Below are positions 23,848 to 25,503 of a stretch of DNA of 25,503 bases, in pieces (position 1 is the first letter of the stretch; the number at the start of each line of letters is the position of its first letter). The position numbers and the translations under genes are program-made. Origin of the DNA: Synechococcales cyanobacterium VAR_4_metabat_354 (lineage in GTDB: Bacteria > Cyanobacteriota > Cyanobacteriia > Cyanobacteriales > Chamaesiphonaceae); contig JANOQI010000049.1 of assembly GCA_031414775.1 (NCBI GenBank), positions 1 through 25,503 on the forward strand, given 5' to 3'. The notes under the pieces were generated by a model. It made no database searches and had not been told where the DNA came from. It saw only the letters and a program-made list of their open reading frames with translations.

Positions 23848-25503
23848 ATGGCTAACTTCCCGATCGATCTAGGTGCTTACCAACGCTTAAGCCTGGATGC
23901 CAAAAATCCGACTTTGACTGCCGACCAAAAAGCCAGTTTAAAAGCTAATATTCAACTTTGCCGCGATGCGATCGTTTTCTTTACAGCAACTGGTGCAGCG
24001 CGGGGCGTGGGCGGACATACCGGTGGACCTTACGACACCGTACCCGAAGTGATGATTATGGATGCCCTATTTCGGGGAGCGGCCGATAAATACGTGCCCA
24101 TATTTTTTGATGAAGCTGGCCACCGGGTAGCTACTCAGTATTTGATGTCTACCTTGAACGGCGACCTGCCCGCTGAACGGTTGATGGAATACCGCGCTGC
24201 TCATTCGCACTTGCCTGGACACCCGGAATTGGGCTTCACTCCTGGTGTGAAATTTAGCTCCGGTCGATTAGGTCACATGTGGCCTTATGTAAATGGCGTG
24301 GCGATGGCCAACCCCAACAAGATTGCGTTCTGCTTAGGTTCGGATGGTTCTCAGCAAGAAGGTAATGATGCCGAAGCAGCGCGATTAGCTGTGGCTCAAA
24401 ACCTGAACGTTAAACTAATTATTGATGACAATAACGTCACGATCGCAGGTCATCCTTCCCATTACCTATCCGGCTGCACCATCTCTAAAACTTTACTCGG
24501 TCATGGATTACAGGTTCTTGAAGGGAACGGCGAAGATATCGATGATTTATATGCTCGTATTTGTCAGGCGGTAACTATCGCTGGTCCGATCGCGATCATC
24601 AACCACCGCCCCATGTGTCCAGGGATTGTCGGCTTGGAAGGCCAAACTCATGGTCACGATGTAATTTCGGTGAAACTAGCGATCGAGTATCTGGAATCCC
24701 ACAATCAACAGGCCGCTGCTGATCACCTTAAAGGTATCAAAGCTCCCAAGAATGAATATACTTTCTTAGGTTCTAGCGACAAATGGGATGCCAACCGCAA
24801 CGTCTTCGGCGATGCCGCCGTCGCCATCCTGGGAAGGATGAGCGAATCTGAGCGCGTGGAAAAAGTCCGTGTTATTGATAGCGATCTCGAAGGCTCCTGC
24901 GGTCTGAAAAAGATTCATGATGCCTATCCTGAAGTCTTTATTTCCTCCGGCATCATGGAGCGCGGTAACTTCTCCGCCGCTGCTGGGTTCGGGATGGAAG
25001 CAGGCAAACAAGGGATTTTCGGCACCTTCAGCGCGTTCCTGGAAATGTGTATTTCCGAAATCACGATGGCTCGGTTGAACAATTCCAACGTCCTCAGCCA
25101 CTTCTCCCACTCTGGGATTGACGATATGGCAGACAACACTTGCCACTTCGGTTTGAACAATATGTTCGCTGACAATGGTTTGAGCGATGGTTATGATACC
25201 AACCTCTACTTCCCCGCCGACCCCCATCAAATGAAAGCCTGTTTGGAAACAATTTTCCACAATCCAGGTTTACGATTTGTATTCTCCACTCGTTCTAAAG
25301 TACCCGCTATTTTAGATACCAACGGGAAGGATTTCTTCGGTGGCGATTACAAATTTGTCTCTGGTAAAGATGAAGTAATTCGTGAAGGTACTCAAGGCTA
25401 TATCGTCAGCTTTGGTGAAGCCTTATACCGCTCATTAGATGCAGTCGAACGCCTCAAACAAGAAGGCATCGATATCGGTCTGATTAATAAGCCAACATTG
25501 AAC
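23848..25503 (+). CDS. Transketolase-family ThDP enzyme (partial, runs off the window end)
   Basis: Open frame from ATG 23848 (MANFPIDLGAY...) to the end of the window, with GGHTGG, DEAGH, LPGHPE..TPGV.FSSGRLGH, the ThDP motif GSDGSQQEG...IIDDN, DSDLEGS, and GIMER. Absent from the ORF track because it has no stop. Confidence 0.9.
   Translation, partial: MANFPIDLGAYQRLSLDAKNPTLTADQKASLKANIQLCRDAIVFFTATGAARGVGGHTGGPYDTVPEVMIMDALFRGAADKYVPIFFDEAGHRVATQYLMSTLNGDLPAERLMEYRAAHSHLPGHPELGFTPGVKFSSGRLGHMWPYVNGVAMANPNKIAFCLGSDGSQQEGNDAEAARLAVAQNLNVKLIIDDNNVTIAGHPSHYLSGCTISKTLLGHGLQVLEGNGEDIDDLYARICQAVTIAGPIAIINHRPMCPGIVGLEGQTHGHDVISVKLAIEYLESHNQQAAADHLKGIKAPKNEYTFLGSSDKWDANRNVFGDAAVAILGRMSESERVEKVRVIDSDLEGSCGLKKIHDAYPEVFISSGIMERGNFSAAAGFGMEAGKQGIFGTFSAFLEMCISEITMARLNNSNVLSHFSHSGIDDMADNTCHFGLNNMFADNGLSDGYDTNLYFPADPHQMKACLETIFHNPGLRFVFSTRSKVPAILDTNGKDFFGGDYKFVSGKDEVIREGTQGYIVSFGEALYRSLDAVERLKQEGIDIGLINKPTLN

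Noticed and set aside
24766..25260. 164-aa and 83-aa minus-strand ORFs
   Set aside because: Antisense to the transketolase frame.

Overview
Cyanobacterial chromosomal window; the HIP1 core CGATCG is strongly enriched. From left to right it holds: an Rpn/DUF2887-type gene broken by the left end of an IS66-like element; thiL; an orphan gene; a type I secretion locus (RTX Ca-binding cargo, HlyD, PpiC-type foldase, and a cNMP/C39-like HlyB); a secreted TPR protein; a SAM methyltransferase; and two conserved cyanobacterial hypotheticals. Next is an unannotated minus-strand cluster (13719-16897) of six small Sec-exported, Asn/Gln/Ser/Thr/Gly-rich proteins. Three of them carry a duplicated 29-aa Q-x5-GN[GN]N-x7-Q repeat resembling curli/Fap amyloid subunits; this cluster is the best candidate for an undescribed system. 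The rest contains a WecB/TagA glycosyltransferase, gatA, a truncated patatin-like gene, a secreted Ser/Ala/Gly protein with no charged residues in its mature part, a cobalamin riboswitch upstream of cobW, a 44-aa membrane peptide and ureD, and a DeoR regulator divergent from a transketolase-family gene that runs off the window. All calls come from reading motifs by eye; no database searches were run.
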